A stretch of 64,000 nt of DNA from SAR202 cluster bacterium bin22 (GTDB lineage Bacteria; Chloroflexota; Dehalococcoidia; Lucifugimonadales; UBA3495). The notes below the pieces were generated by a model that was given only the letters and a program-made list of their open reading frames with translations, searched no databases and was not told where the DNA came from. Each line of letters starts with the position of its first letter. Positions within the stretch are counted from its first letter, which is position 1. The DNA is taken from assembly GCA_002238505.1 (NCBI GenBank), contig MPMM01000019.1:1790-65789 (forward strand), in the 5' to 3' direction. The position numbers were made by a program, and so were the translations under genes. Shown piece after piece: positions 1-8,569 of this stretch.

Positions 1-1
1 A

Positions 2-928
2 CTGGACACGGCGGACCTGGGCTTTACCCTGCCTCACGAACACCTGATAGACTCTTCCGCCGGCATCCGGCAGACCTACTACGAACTGGAACTGCGCGAC
101 CAGGCCCTGGACATGGCCCTAGAGTCCTTCACACAGGCCAAAGAGGGCGGGGTGGACACCGTCGTCGAGGTTTCACCCCTGGATTTGGGCCGGGACGTAC
201 TGCTCATGAAGGAGGTCTCGGAGCAGACCGGCGTGCAGTTCATCTGCTGCACGGGCTGCTGGCTGGATGTGCCCCGCAGTTTCTGGGGCCGCGACAAGGA
301 CTTCATCGCCGACCTGTGGGTGAGGGAAATTGAGCAGGGCATCGAAGGGACCGGCATAAAGGCCGGCATCATCAAGGTGGCCACCAGCGACCCCATTACC
401 GAGCAGGAGGAGTTAATGCTGCGAGCCTCCGCACGCACCCACCTGCGCACCGGCGTTCCCGTCACCACCCATACGCCGGCCGAATCACGCATCGGCGAGG
501 AGCAGGTGCGCATCCTCCAGGAGGAGGGCGTTGAGCCTCACAACATATACGTGGGCCACATCAACAACACCCTGGACCCCGACTACCACCACGAACTGGC
601 CCGCCTGGGCGTATGGCTGGGCTGGGACATCAACAACCCCTTCGGCAGGCCCAACCTTCCGGCATGGCAGGAGCGGACCGACTACCTGAAGCAGCGGCTG
701 GACGAGGGCCTGGCCGCCAACATGATGCTCTCCCACGACTGGAACATAGTCCTGTCCCGCATCGGCTCGCCAGGCATGCCCAGCAGGGAAGAAAACCCCG
801 ACGGTTACCTGTGGTTGAGCCGGGCCGTCATCCCCAGGCTAATGGAGGCAGGGACATCCCAAGGCGACATCGACCGCATGATGATCGAGAATCCCCGACG
901 CTACTTCGAAGGCGCGCGTCCCTGGTAA
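2..928 (+). CDS. Phosphotriesterase-family (PTE/PHP-like) metallohydrolase, 5'-partial
   Basis: The frame is open from base 2 (LDTADLGFTLPHEHL, HxH metal motif). It also has GIIKVAT (carbamylated-Lys position), THT, GH and MLSHD motifs. The start lies upstream of the window. Confidence 0.9.
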   Translation: MDTADLGFTLPHEHLIDSSAGIRQTYYELELRDQALDMALESFTQAKEGGVDTVVEVSPLDLGRDVLLMKEVSEQTGVQFICCTGCWLDVPRSFWGRDKDFIADLWVREIEQGIEGTGIKAGIIKVATSDPITEQEELMLRASARTHLRTGVPVTTHTPAESRIGEEQVRILQEEGVEPHNIYVGHINNTLDPDYHHELARLGVWLGWDINNPFGRPNLPAWQERTDYLKQRLDEGLAANMMLSHDWNIVLSRIGSPGMPSREENPDGYLWLSRAVIPRLMEAGTSQGDIDRMMIENPRRYFEGARPW

Positions 929-1050
929 TATCTGCAGGGCCCTTCATCTGTCGGGAACCCAACGTCGGGCTGCCCTAACGGGCAGCCCTCGACCAGGTGC
1001 AGCCGCATCCACCCACTGGCGTTCCGACCAGGCTGTTAATGCGACAACTT

Positions 1051-3117
1051 CTAGCCCTGATACGACTCTGCCGCGTGAATCATTTCCCGCAGCTCCTCTA
1101 ATCCCATTCTGCCACCCAGTTCAAGAACCTCATAGAGTTTGTACTGATAGGGGCCCGTCAGTGAAGGATCGGAATAAATTATGGTTGAGATGGCCAGCAA
1201 GGCGGCGTTGTTCTCAACGGAAGTGCCGTCATTGACCCAATCCAGTTCCAGAACTATCAGGGCAAAAACCACGTCCCACCCCCAAATGGAAGCCAGCAGT
1301 TCGACGGCTTCGTTCTCCTCCTCGTTCAATCCGTCAGCTACCCAGTTCATTCCGAGGACTCTCTCGAGAAGCTCCGTTCCTTCTTTGTCCTTGTTAACCA
1401 CCGCCCAGAGACCCTGGGGAATCCGGATGGGAACCTCTCCGCCGACCCAGTCCAGGTCCAGGAATAGCAGAGCAGCTTGCGGGTTCTTAACCACGACTCG
1501 ATGAAGAAACTCTGAAAGAGGCTCCGAATATCCATTTTTCTCCCAAAGAACGGCCAACCTGCCGGCCACTTGGTCGCTGGAGACCAAGATTTCGAAGACT
1601 CTCTCAATTTGACGCCGGCCGTCCTGGGTTAACTCTGGCGCTGCCCAGGGACGGTCCACCAGTGGTTTGGCGAGGGCTGTATGTCTATGCCAAATTTCAA
1701 GGAACTGTACGCCGGCAATTTCCTCGTGTTGATTCATGGGTTTGGAGAGCCAGAGAGGAAAGGTGTCGGGTTCGGACCCCGTTACTCGTCTGACCATGAT
1801 CTCGGTGGGCGACTCCAGGTATCTTTCCTTATAGATTAAAGTGAGCCGGTCCCTGCTCGCGTCTGTGATCCCGCCAGCCAGTTCCGGGGCGGAGAGCAAC
1901 CGCTCCAGCTTCAAGGGCTCGGTACTGCGGAGTTCGAGGATGAAACGTAATGCCGTATTATCCGGAGTCTGGTAGGTATCCATGAAGGGCATCGCCAGAA
2001 TCTTCAACGCCAGCGCCCGGTCCAGTTGCGCCAGTTCTATGATGGCTTCCATCGGGCCAAGTTCGTAGCCGTTGTGGTGTCGTTGCATCCACTGCTTGCC
2101 TACCAGCCCATTGAAGACTTCCGGCATCGTCTGCGCAGTATCTACCAGGATAAGCGCTTTCTGGCGTTCCGTGGTCAATGTCCGGCCTGCGTCGGTTGAC
2201 TGCTCACTCTCCGGAACGTAGGTAATGCCATCGTTGACCCAGGGGAGCGCACGAATCCTTGCTCCTGCGTCAGCCCGGAATAACTCCAGGTAACTGATGG
2301 GCATTTCCCCTGCCAACTCGTCTGTGATCGGTGTGCCCTGTCCTTCGTACGGGACCAGATTGTTGAAGTAGGCTGGGTGGATATCCGCAGCCTTCTGCAG
2401 GTATCCCAGGGCTTCAAGGTCGATGTACTCCACTTCGAAAAGGAACGGCATCACTGCCAGTCGCGCCGTTGCCGGCTCGTTCACCAGGGCCAGGGACTCC
2501 AGGAGTTCCAGCGCCCGGAACGCTCGGTCCGATTCGGGGGGAAGAAGCTGGTGTTCCGCAGTCGCCAGGCTGAGAAAGACGGCAGGGGCCCTGGTCTCCA
2601 GGTCACGAAGATAATCCAGCGTCCGCTGTTCCAGAATCCCGTCTATCCCGTCCACCACCCAGGGCAGGGTATCTGCCGTTGGCGGCGGTAAGGGTGTGGG
2701 TATGGCCGTAGGTGTGGGGATCGGTGTGGCCGTGGGTGTCGGTGTAGGCGTCGGCTCTGGGGTAGAAGTTGACGTTGGCGCGGGTACGGGCGTCAGCGTC
2801 GGCGTCGGCGCTGCTGTGGCGGAGGGTATGGCGAGGACAGCGGGTTCGGAGGGCTCAATCCCCCGGGATGTGGCGTTCACGAGCCCCGGAGGTTCAGCCG
2901 GCTGGACTGGACCAGGCGTGGCCGTGGGAAGCATAGTTGCCTGGGTTGGGGGTGTTGGAGTGGGCAGAACAGCAGTGGGGACCACCGGCACAGCAACCGG
3001 ACTAACCTCCGTTGGGGCTGCCTCGGGCTCAGGCTCAGTGCATGACACCAGCAACAGGATCAATAACATCGGGAGAAGCAGGGATACAGTACGCAAAGTC
3101 GATCGTCCTTCTGGCAT
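1051..3117 (-). CDS. Hypothetical lipoprotein with Pro/Thr linker and internal helical repeats
   Basis: 688-aa ORF with a hydrophobic signal ending LLVSC (lipobox) and a PT-rich linker. Motifs recur: LPWVVDGI/LPWVNDGI/MNWVADGL/LDWVNDG and AVMPFL/LAMPFM. Confidence 0.75.
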   Translation of the reverse strand: MPEGRSTLRTVSLLLPMLLILLLVSCTEPEPEAAPTEVSPVAVPVVPTAVLPTPTPPTQATMLPTATPGPVQPAEPPGLVNATSRGIEPSEPAVLAIPSATAAPTPTLTPVPAPTSTSTPEPTPTPTPTATPIPTPTAIPTPLPPPTADTLPWVVDGIDGILEQRTLDYLRDLETRAPAVFLSLATAEHQLLPPESDRAFRALELLESLALVNEPATARLAVMPFLFEVEYIDLEALGYLQKAADIHPAYFNNLVPYEGQGTPITDELAGEMPISYLELFRADAGARIRALPWVNDGITYVPESEQSTDAGRTLTTERQKALILVDTAQTMPEVFNGLVGKQWMQRHHNGYELGPMEAIIELAQLDRALALKILAMPFMDTYQTPDNTALRFILELRSTEPLKLERLLSAPELAGGITDASRDRLTLIYKERYLESPTEIMVRRVTGSEPDTFPLWLSKPMNQHEEIAGVQFLEIWHRHTALAKPLVDRPWAAPELTQDGRRQIERVFEILVSSDQVAGRLAVLWEKNGYSEPLSEFLHRVVVKNPQAALLFLDLDWVGGEVPIRIPQGLWAVVNKDKEGTELLERVLGMNWVADGLNEEENEAVELLASIWGWDVVFALIVLELDWVNDGTSVENNAALLAISTIIYSDPSLTGPYQYKLYEVLELGGRMGLEELREMIHAAESYQG

Positions 3118-3360
3118 TTGGGGACCTTATGCTGGCAATTGGTTGGGCAAGGGGCGCGCCGCCAGGCAGGAACCCGGGAACATCCGGATACCATCAACGG
3201 TCACGCCCCCTTCATTCTGGGCACAGCGAGGAATTCCAAGCCCGGCCAGCAATCTTATTCTGCTGCCCCGGTGGCTTTTTTCCCGTACAATTGGGCTTCT
3301 TCCCCGCTTCACTCCCCAGAATGACGGACTGGTTGTTACGGTTACAAATGCACTCCCAGG

Positions 3361-4698
3361 CTAGCCCACAATCCCCTCGTCAATCAAAGCCTTGATAGCC
3401 CCATCGAAGGCTTCCAGGCTGGTGTCAATGTCGGCCTCGGTGTGAACACCGGACAGGACACCGCTGGTGCGGGACATCAGGTCCACTCCCCGTACTTGCA
3501 ACGCCTGGCGGAAGGCGGTCTGCACTTCCGGGGGCGCGTTCTTGAGGGTGTTGGCATCCAGCCCCTCTATGGAGCGGTCACCGAAATAGACGTGGAAGGT
3601 GGAGGACTCGCCGTAAACGGCGGCGGCTACTTCGTGGCGGTCTATGATGCGGCGCAGGCCAACCCGCAGCCGTTCAGCCATGCGGTCCGCCTGGGCCTGC
3701 ATCTCGCCGGTGGCGGCGATGCGCAGGGCAGCGTTGCCCGTGGCGGCGCAGTAAGGGTTGGCATTGAACGTGCCGCCGTGCAGCACCCGCTGGTAGCGGT
3801 CATGCTGCCGCTCGCCGGTCTGCACCATCACCTGCATCACCTCCTCCCGTCCGGCCACCGCGCCGCCGGGGAGACCTCCGGTCAGGATCTTGGCCAGGGT
3901 GCACAGGTCCGGTTCAATGCCCAGCCATTCCTGCAATCCGCCGGGACTCCAGCGGAAGCCGGTGATTACCTCGTCGAGGATCATCACTACACCGTACTTC
4001 CTCGTTAGTTCCCTGACGCCTTCCACGAAGCCTTCCTGCCGGGGCACCGTGCCGTAGGAGGCTCCGGAACCCTCGGTTATCACCCCGGCGATGTCGCTGT
4101 TGTTGGCCAGGGTGTCCTCCAGCACATTCAGGTCCGTAGGCAGGACCATTACCGAGTCAACCGCTCCCTGGGGTATGCCGATGGATGCGGGCGAGTCGAA
4201 GGGCGGCAGGTTGCCGGGCATTACATAGTCGTGCCAGCCGTGGTAGTGGGATTCCCACCGGATAATCTTTTCCTTGCCCGTGTAGGCCCGGGCAATGCGC
4301 ATGGCGAGCATGGTGGACTCGGCGCCGGAAGCGACAAACCGCACCTTGTCGGCGCAGGGAATCAGGTTGCAGACCCTCTCGCCCCATTCCAGCATGGACT
4401 CCACCGGCGCGCCAAAGTGCGACCCGATGGGCGCAGCCCGGGTCAACGCCTCCACCACTTCAGGATGGGCATGACCCAGCAGCAGGGATGCGGAGCCCAG
4501 GCCGTAATCAATATACTCGTTGCCGTCCACGTCCCACTTCCGGGGCCCCTGCCCACGTTCGATGGTGATGGGAAAGGGCGATGCCACATAGCCATCATGG
4601 CCGGCGCCGCCCGAGGGAAACAGTTCCCTGAACCTGGGGTAAAGTTCTGCCGAGCGGGGGTTTCTCCTGATGTACTCATCCCTGATCGTCTCTGGCAT
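3361..4698 (-). CDS. Class III PLP aminotransferase (GSA-aminomutase/HemL-like paralog)
   Basis: Motifs WDVDGNEYIDY, SGAES, YHGWHD, LDEVITGFR, LAKILTGGLPGG and GTFNANP. Start moved to ATG 4698 (MPETIR), which follows GGAGGA. Confidence 0.88.
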   Translation of the reverse strand: MPETIRDEYIRRNPRSAELYPRFRELFPSGGAGHDGYVASPFPITIERGQGPRKWDVDGNEYIDYGLGSASLLLGHAHPEVVEALTRAAPIGSHFGAPVESMLEWGERVCNLIPCADKVRFVASGAESTMLAMRIARAYTGKEKIIRWESHYHGWHDYVMPGNLPPFDSPASIGIPQGAVDSVMVLPTDLNVLEDTLANNSDIAGVITEGSGASYGTVPRQEGFVEGVRELTRKYGVVMILDEVITGFRWSPGGLQEWLGIEPDLCTLAKILTGGLPGGAVAGREEVMQVMVQTGERQHDRYQRVLHGGTFNANPYCAATGNAALRIAATGEMQAQADRMAERLRVGLRRIIDRHEVAAAVYGESSTFHVYFGDRSIEGLDANTLKNAPPEVQTAFRQALQVRGVDLMSRTSGVLSGVHTEADIDTSLEAFDGAIKALIDEGIVG

Positions 4699-4958
4699 GT
4701 CTTCCTCCTGCAAATCCGGCCCAGGCCAACGTTGGACCCGGGACAGCGGATATGTTAGTTGAGCCCCTTCTGGTCTCCACCAATTTACCTTAAAGGCAGC
4801 GACAATGTCACCGTTGTCCGTGAGAAGGGTCTTCGCTAATCCATTTACAGTCCACTGAAACCGCTTTAGCTGCCTTACCCGGGCGATGTGGTAGAGTGCA
4901 GCAACCAACCCCGTTTAGACCAATCCCCTGCAGCCAAACACTGACCAAGGAGCAAACC

Positions 4959-6203
4959 TTGTCCCGTTCCAGTATCGGTTGGGTGATTCTGGCGGCCGGT
5001 TTCTTCATCCTCTTCTTTGGCGGCGGGTCCCGGTTCGCCCTGGGGCTGATGCTCAAGCCAATGACCGAAGACCTAGGGTGGAGTCGGTCAACCCTGTCCC
5101 TCGCCGTTACCTGCTTCATGTTCACGTCGGCCCTGGCCCTGCCCCTGGCGGGAAGGCTCGTGGACCGGTACAGCCTGCGCTGGGTTCTGGCCGCCGGGGC
5201 GCTGATGGTAGCTTCGGGCGTGGGTCTCATGGGAGTGGTAACCCAGCCCTGGCAGGTCTTCCTGGTGTACGGCGGTCTGTTCGCCCTGGGTCACGCGGCC
5301 ACGGGCAACCCCATTGTCGGCGTGATGATTACGCGGTGGTTCGACCGGCGGCGGGGTATTGCCAACAGCGTGGCGGTGTCGGGGAACGCCACCGGCCAGC
5401 TTTTGATTATCGGTATGCTGGCTACCTTCCTGACCACCACCGGATGGCGTACCGCCTACGGACTGCTGGCAGCGGCCAACCTGCTGATCGCCCTGCCTCT
5501 GTTGTTTGTGGCCCTCCGGTCCTGGGCCACCGCCGATACCCGTGTGTCCCCGTCCGGCACGGTTGAAGGTGGGCCCCCGGTACCAACTACAACCACCGCC
5601 GCCATTTCCGAAGAGCCGCCTTCGGTGATCGCATCGGGCCAGTTCTGGCTGCTGGTAGTCTTGTATGCCGTGTGCGGATTCCAGGACTTCTTCATGGCAA
5701 CCCACGTGGTGGCCTTTGCCCAGGACTCGGGAATTGGCACGGCCCTGGCCGGAAACATCCTGGCCCTGATGGGGCTGATGGGACTGGTGGGTGTGCTGGG
5801 GGCAGGCCTGCTCTCGGACGCCCGGGGCGCCCAGCGGCCCCTGCTGCTTTGCTTCGTTCTACGCATAGGGATATTCGCCCTCATCATCGCTGCCCAGAAC
5901 ACCGCCACCATCCTGGTATTTTCATTGCTTTACGGCTTTACCTTCCTGATGACCGCGCCCCTGACAGTGATATTCTCGCGGGAGATTTTCGGCCCCGCCA
6001 GGCTGGGCACGGTCAGCGGCGTCATCTCCATGGTGCACCAGATGTTTGGCGGCCTGGGAGCGCTGGCCGGGGCGCTGATATTCGATTACTGGGGAGACTA
6101 TCAACCAGCCTTTATCCTCATGCTGGTTCTTTCCGTTGCCGCTACCGCCCTGTCGCCCCTGCTGCACCGGGGCGGTGGCTCTCGGGCAGTTGCGGCGGCC
6201 TGA
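4959..6203 (+). CDS. MFS transporter
   Basis: About 12 hydrophobic segments with GRLVDRYSLR motif A and WFDRRRG. Likely TTG start at 4959 after AAGGAG. Confidence 0.88.
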   Translation: MSRSSIGWVILAAGFFILFFGGGSRFALGLMLKPMTEDLGWSRSTLSLAVTCFMFTSALALPLAGRLVDRYSLRWVLAAGALMVASGVGLMGVVTQPWQVFLVYGGLFALGHAATGNPIVGVMITRWFDRRRGIANSVAVSGNATGQLLIIGMLATFLTTTGWRTAYGLLAAANLLIALPLLFVALRSWATADTRVSPSGTVEGGPPVPTTTTAAISEEPPSVIASGQFWLLVVLYAVCGFQDFFMATHVVAFAQDSGIGTALAGNILALMGLMGLVGVLGAGLLSDARGAQRPLLLCFVLRIGIFALIIAAQNTATILVFSLLYGFTFLMTAPLTVIFSREIFGPARLGTVSGVISMVHQMFGGLGALAGALIFDYWGDYQPAFILMLVLSVAATALSPLLHRGGGSRAVAAA

Positions 6204-6421
6204 GGCGCCCATCACATCATCATGCCCGCCGACCTTACCTCGTTTCGGGACAAGGGTGAAGGTTTCTTCACTTCCAACGCCTTTAAAAGGTCCTTTGCCC
6301 CATATACACCAACTTAAACCGTATCTGTAACTGCCAGTACTGTAGCGTTTTCGGCGTATTTGACCGGTTTGTCGCTTTTACCCATAATTGATGGGAAGTA
6401 AGCACAGGGTGGTGAAGACTC

Positions 6422-7561
6422 ATGATTGAATTTCTTGGCATCAGCCATCTTTTCGAGCTTTCCGGCACGGAAGCCATAGCCGGATTTTTCACTCCCCTGG
6501 CGATATTCGCCGCTTTCTTCCTGGCCCAGATCATCCTGCCGGCCCGGCGGGTGACCGGGTATGTGGTCAATCCGGAAACAGGAGAACCACGCGGCTACCG
6601 CCTGAACGGCATCCTGGTCTATGTCATTGCCCTGGTCGTATGGGCCTTTGAACTGACGGGAATGCCCCGGGACTGGTTCTACCGTTCCACCATGTATGCC
6701 ATAGCCGGCGGCACGGTCTTCTGCCTGATCTTCTCCATGTACGCCCTGCTCAGCCAGCCGCCGGGCCGGATCAAGAACCCGTTTGTGGCTTTTTGGGACG
6801 GGCGCGCCCTGGAGCTACCCCTGCTTAGGGGGCGCTTCGACGTGAAGATGTACCTCTACCTGGTCGGCGGGACCATGCTGTCCCTGAATGCCCTGTCCGG
6901 AGCGGCCTACCACTACGAGAGGTTCGGCTCCGACTTTAATCCCGGCGTGTTCCTGTACGCGGCCTTCCTCACTTTCTACGTGGTGGACTACTTCATCTTT
7001 GAACGGGTCCAGCTATATACCTACGACCTGATCCACGAACACCTGGGCTTCAAGCTCATCTGGGGTGGCCTGGTAATTTACGGGTGGATTTACATTCTGC
7101 CCCTGTGGGGCATGGCCGCCTACCCGAACCCCGGGTTTTCGACCGCATGGACGTATGTCTGGCTCATTGGTACGGCCGCCCTGTTCATCACCGGCTGGGG
7201 TATTTCCCGGGGCGCCAACATGCAGAAGTACACCTTCAAGCGGTGGCCCGAACGCAAGTTCCTGGGGTTCATGGAGCCCGAATTCATCCAGGCGGGTGAA
7301 CGCAAGATTTTGTGCAGCGGCCTGTGGGGCGCCGCCCGCCACTTCAACTATCTGGGCGAGGGCTTCCTGTCCTTCTCCATCGGGCTGGTCTTCGGCTACT
7401 TTGCCAACCCCTGGGCCTGGACCTACTTCGTGTTCATCACTTCCCTGTTCACCTGGCGGCAGCGGGTGGACGAAGCCAACTGCGCCGAGAAGTACGGCGA
7501 AGAAAAGTGGAACGAGTATCGCAGCCGGGTCAAATACCGGATTCTGCCCGGCATCTATTAG
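6422..7561 (+). CDS. ERG4/ERG24-family (sterol C14/C24/delta7 reductase-like) membrane reductase
   Basis: Multi-TM protein with YRLNG, GANMQKYTFK, ILCSGLWGAARHFNYLGE and C-terminal CAEKYGEEKWNEYRSRVKYRILPGIY. These match the ERG4/ERG24 signature regions. Confidence 0.85.
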   Translation: MIEFLGISHLFELSGTEAIAGFFTPLAIFAAFFLAQIILPARRVTGYVVNPETGEPRGYRLNGILVYVIALVVWAFELTGMPRDWFYRSTMYAIAGGTVFCLIFSMYALLSQPPGRIKNPFVAFWDGRALELPLLRGRFDVKMYLYLVGGTMLSLNALSGAAYHYERFGSDFNPGVFLYAAFLTFYVVDYFIFERVQLYTYDLIHEHLGFKLIWGGLVIYGWIYILPLWGMAAYPNPGFSTAWTYVWLIGTAALFITGWGISRGANMQKYTFKRWPERKFLGFMEPEFIQAGERKILCSGLWGAARHFNYLGEGFLSFSIGLVFGYFANPWAWTYFVFITSLFTWRQRVDEANCAEKYGEEKWNEYRSRVKYRILPGIY

Positions 7562-7616
7562 TCACTTCCCTGCAGGAACTGCGCGGGCGACATCAGGTTC
7601 CTGTTGCGGCGGCAAT

Positions 7617-7818
7617 GGTCTCGGTCCTGCGTTGCTTGCGGCAGCGTTGCGCATTCGATGGCTTCGCAGGAAACCTGGTAGGGGCAGACCTGTGTGTCTG
7701 CCCTGTCCCGGTGCCAAAGGTCTCGATCCTGTGTTGCTTGCGGCAGAGTTGTGTATCAGATGGTTTGGCAGGATACCTGCTGGGGCATACCTCTGTGTCT
7801 GCCCTGTTCCGGTGGCAA
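7617..7818. repeat. Two imperfect 102-bp tandem units, each holding a REP-like palindrome
   Basis: Units start at 7617 and 7719 (GGTCTCG.TCCTG.GTTGCTTGCGGCAG...). Unit 1 contains GTAGGGGCAGACCTGTGTGTCTGCCCT at 7678-7704. Confidence 0.85.
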
Positions 7819-7847
7819 CACCACATGAGTTGGAAACCTGCTGCTGA

Positions 7848-7876
7848 TTGCAAATTGCTGTCAAGACTTTCATAAT
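7848..7876 (+). promoter_or_regulatory. Putative sigma70 promoter of the TA operon (probably leaderless mRNA)
   Basis: TTGCAA-N17-CATAAT, with ATG 7883 only 6 nt after the -10 box and no RBS. Confidence 0.55.
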
Positions 7877-7882
7877 GATGTC

Positions 7883-8119
7883 ATGGCAGTACAGATAACA
7901 ATACGGGGAGTTCCCGAGGAAGTTCGGGATGAGCTGGCCGCCAGGGCGGCGCTCCGGCATCAGTCAATGCAGGAGTTCCTGAAGGGCGAATTGGAGCGGC
8001 TTGCCTCCAAGCCCTCGGTCGAGGTGTGGCTGGAGCGGGTGCAGGAACGCAAGGCAGCCTATGGCACCAGCGTGTCGGCAGCGGAAATTCTTGAGGCCAG
8101 AGACCAGGACCGCAAGTGA
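7883..8119 (+). CDS. Ribbon-helix-helix antitoxin (FitA/VapB-like)
   Basis: MAVQITIRGVPEEVRDELAARAA...SMQEFL is an RHH pattern. It overlaps the PIN gene by GTGA. Confidence 0.85.
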   Translation: MAVQITIRGVPEEVRDELAARAALRHQSMQEFLKGELERLASKPSVEVWLERVQERKAAYGTSVSAAEILEARDQDRK

Positions 8120-8517
8120 CTGTGGTCATAGACGCCTCGGCGCTGGTGGCAGCGCTAGTTGACTCGGGTTCCGATGGCCGCTGGGCAACTTCGCTGATAG
8201 CCCGGGAGGGTCTGGCCGCGCCGGAAATGTTGCTGGCCGAGGTCTGCAACGTTTTGCGCCGCCTGGAACTGTCGGGCAGGCTCTCCACGGCGGAAGCTAC
8301 CCTCGCTTACGGCGACCTGCAACGCCTCAACCTGGAATTGTTCCCCTTCTCTCCCTTTGCCCAACGCGTATGGGACCTGCGTGGCAACGTTACCAGCTAC
8401 GATGCCTGGTATGTTGCCCTGGCCGAAGCCCTGGCATCCCCCCTGGCAACCCTGGACCTGAGGCTGATTGGCTCCCGGGGAACAGAGTGCGAATTCCTGT
8501 GTCCCGGGGCCGGGTGA
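8116..8517 (+). CDS. vapC: PIN-domain toxin, VapC family
   Basis: 133 aa with VIDASALV, AEVCNVLRR, TSYDAWYVALAE and LATLDLRL motifs. Confidence 0.9.
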   Translation: MTVVIDASALVAALVDSGSDGRWATSLIAREGLAAPEMLLAEVCNVLRRLELSGRLSTAEATLAYGDLQRLNLELFPFSPFAQRVWDLRGNVTSYDAWYVALAEALASPLATLDLRLIGSRGTECEFLCPGAG

Positions 8518-8569
8518 AGAGTCCGGGAGCCCTACTCTATCTTGCCGATTCCAATCGTGCTGGCCGCCA

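Noticed and set aside
3361-4698. Assignment as hemL
   Set aside because: There is no tetrapyrrole gene context and HemL-specific N-terminal motifs (e.g. PGGVNSP) are absent; a catabolic paralog is more likely.
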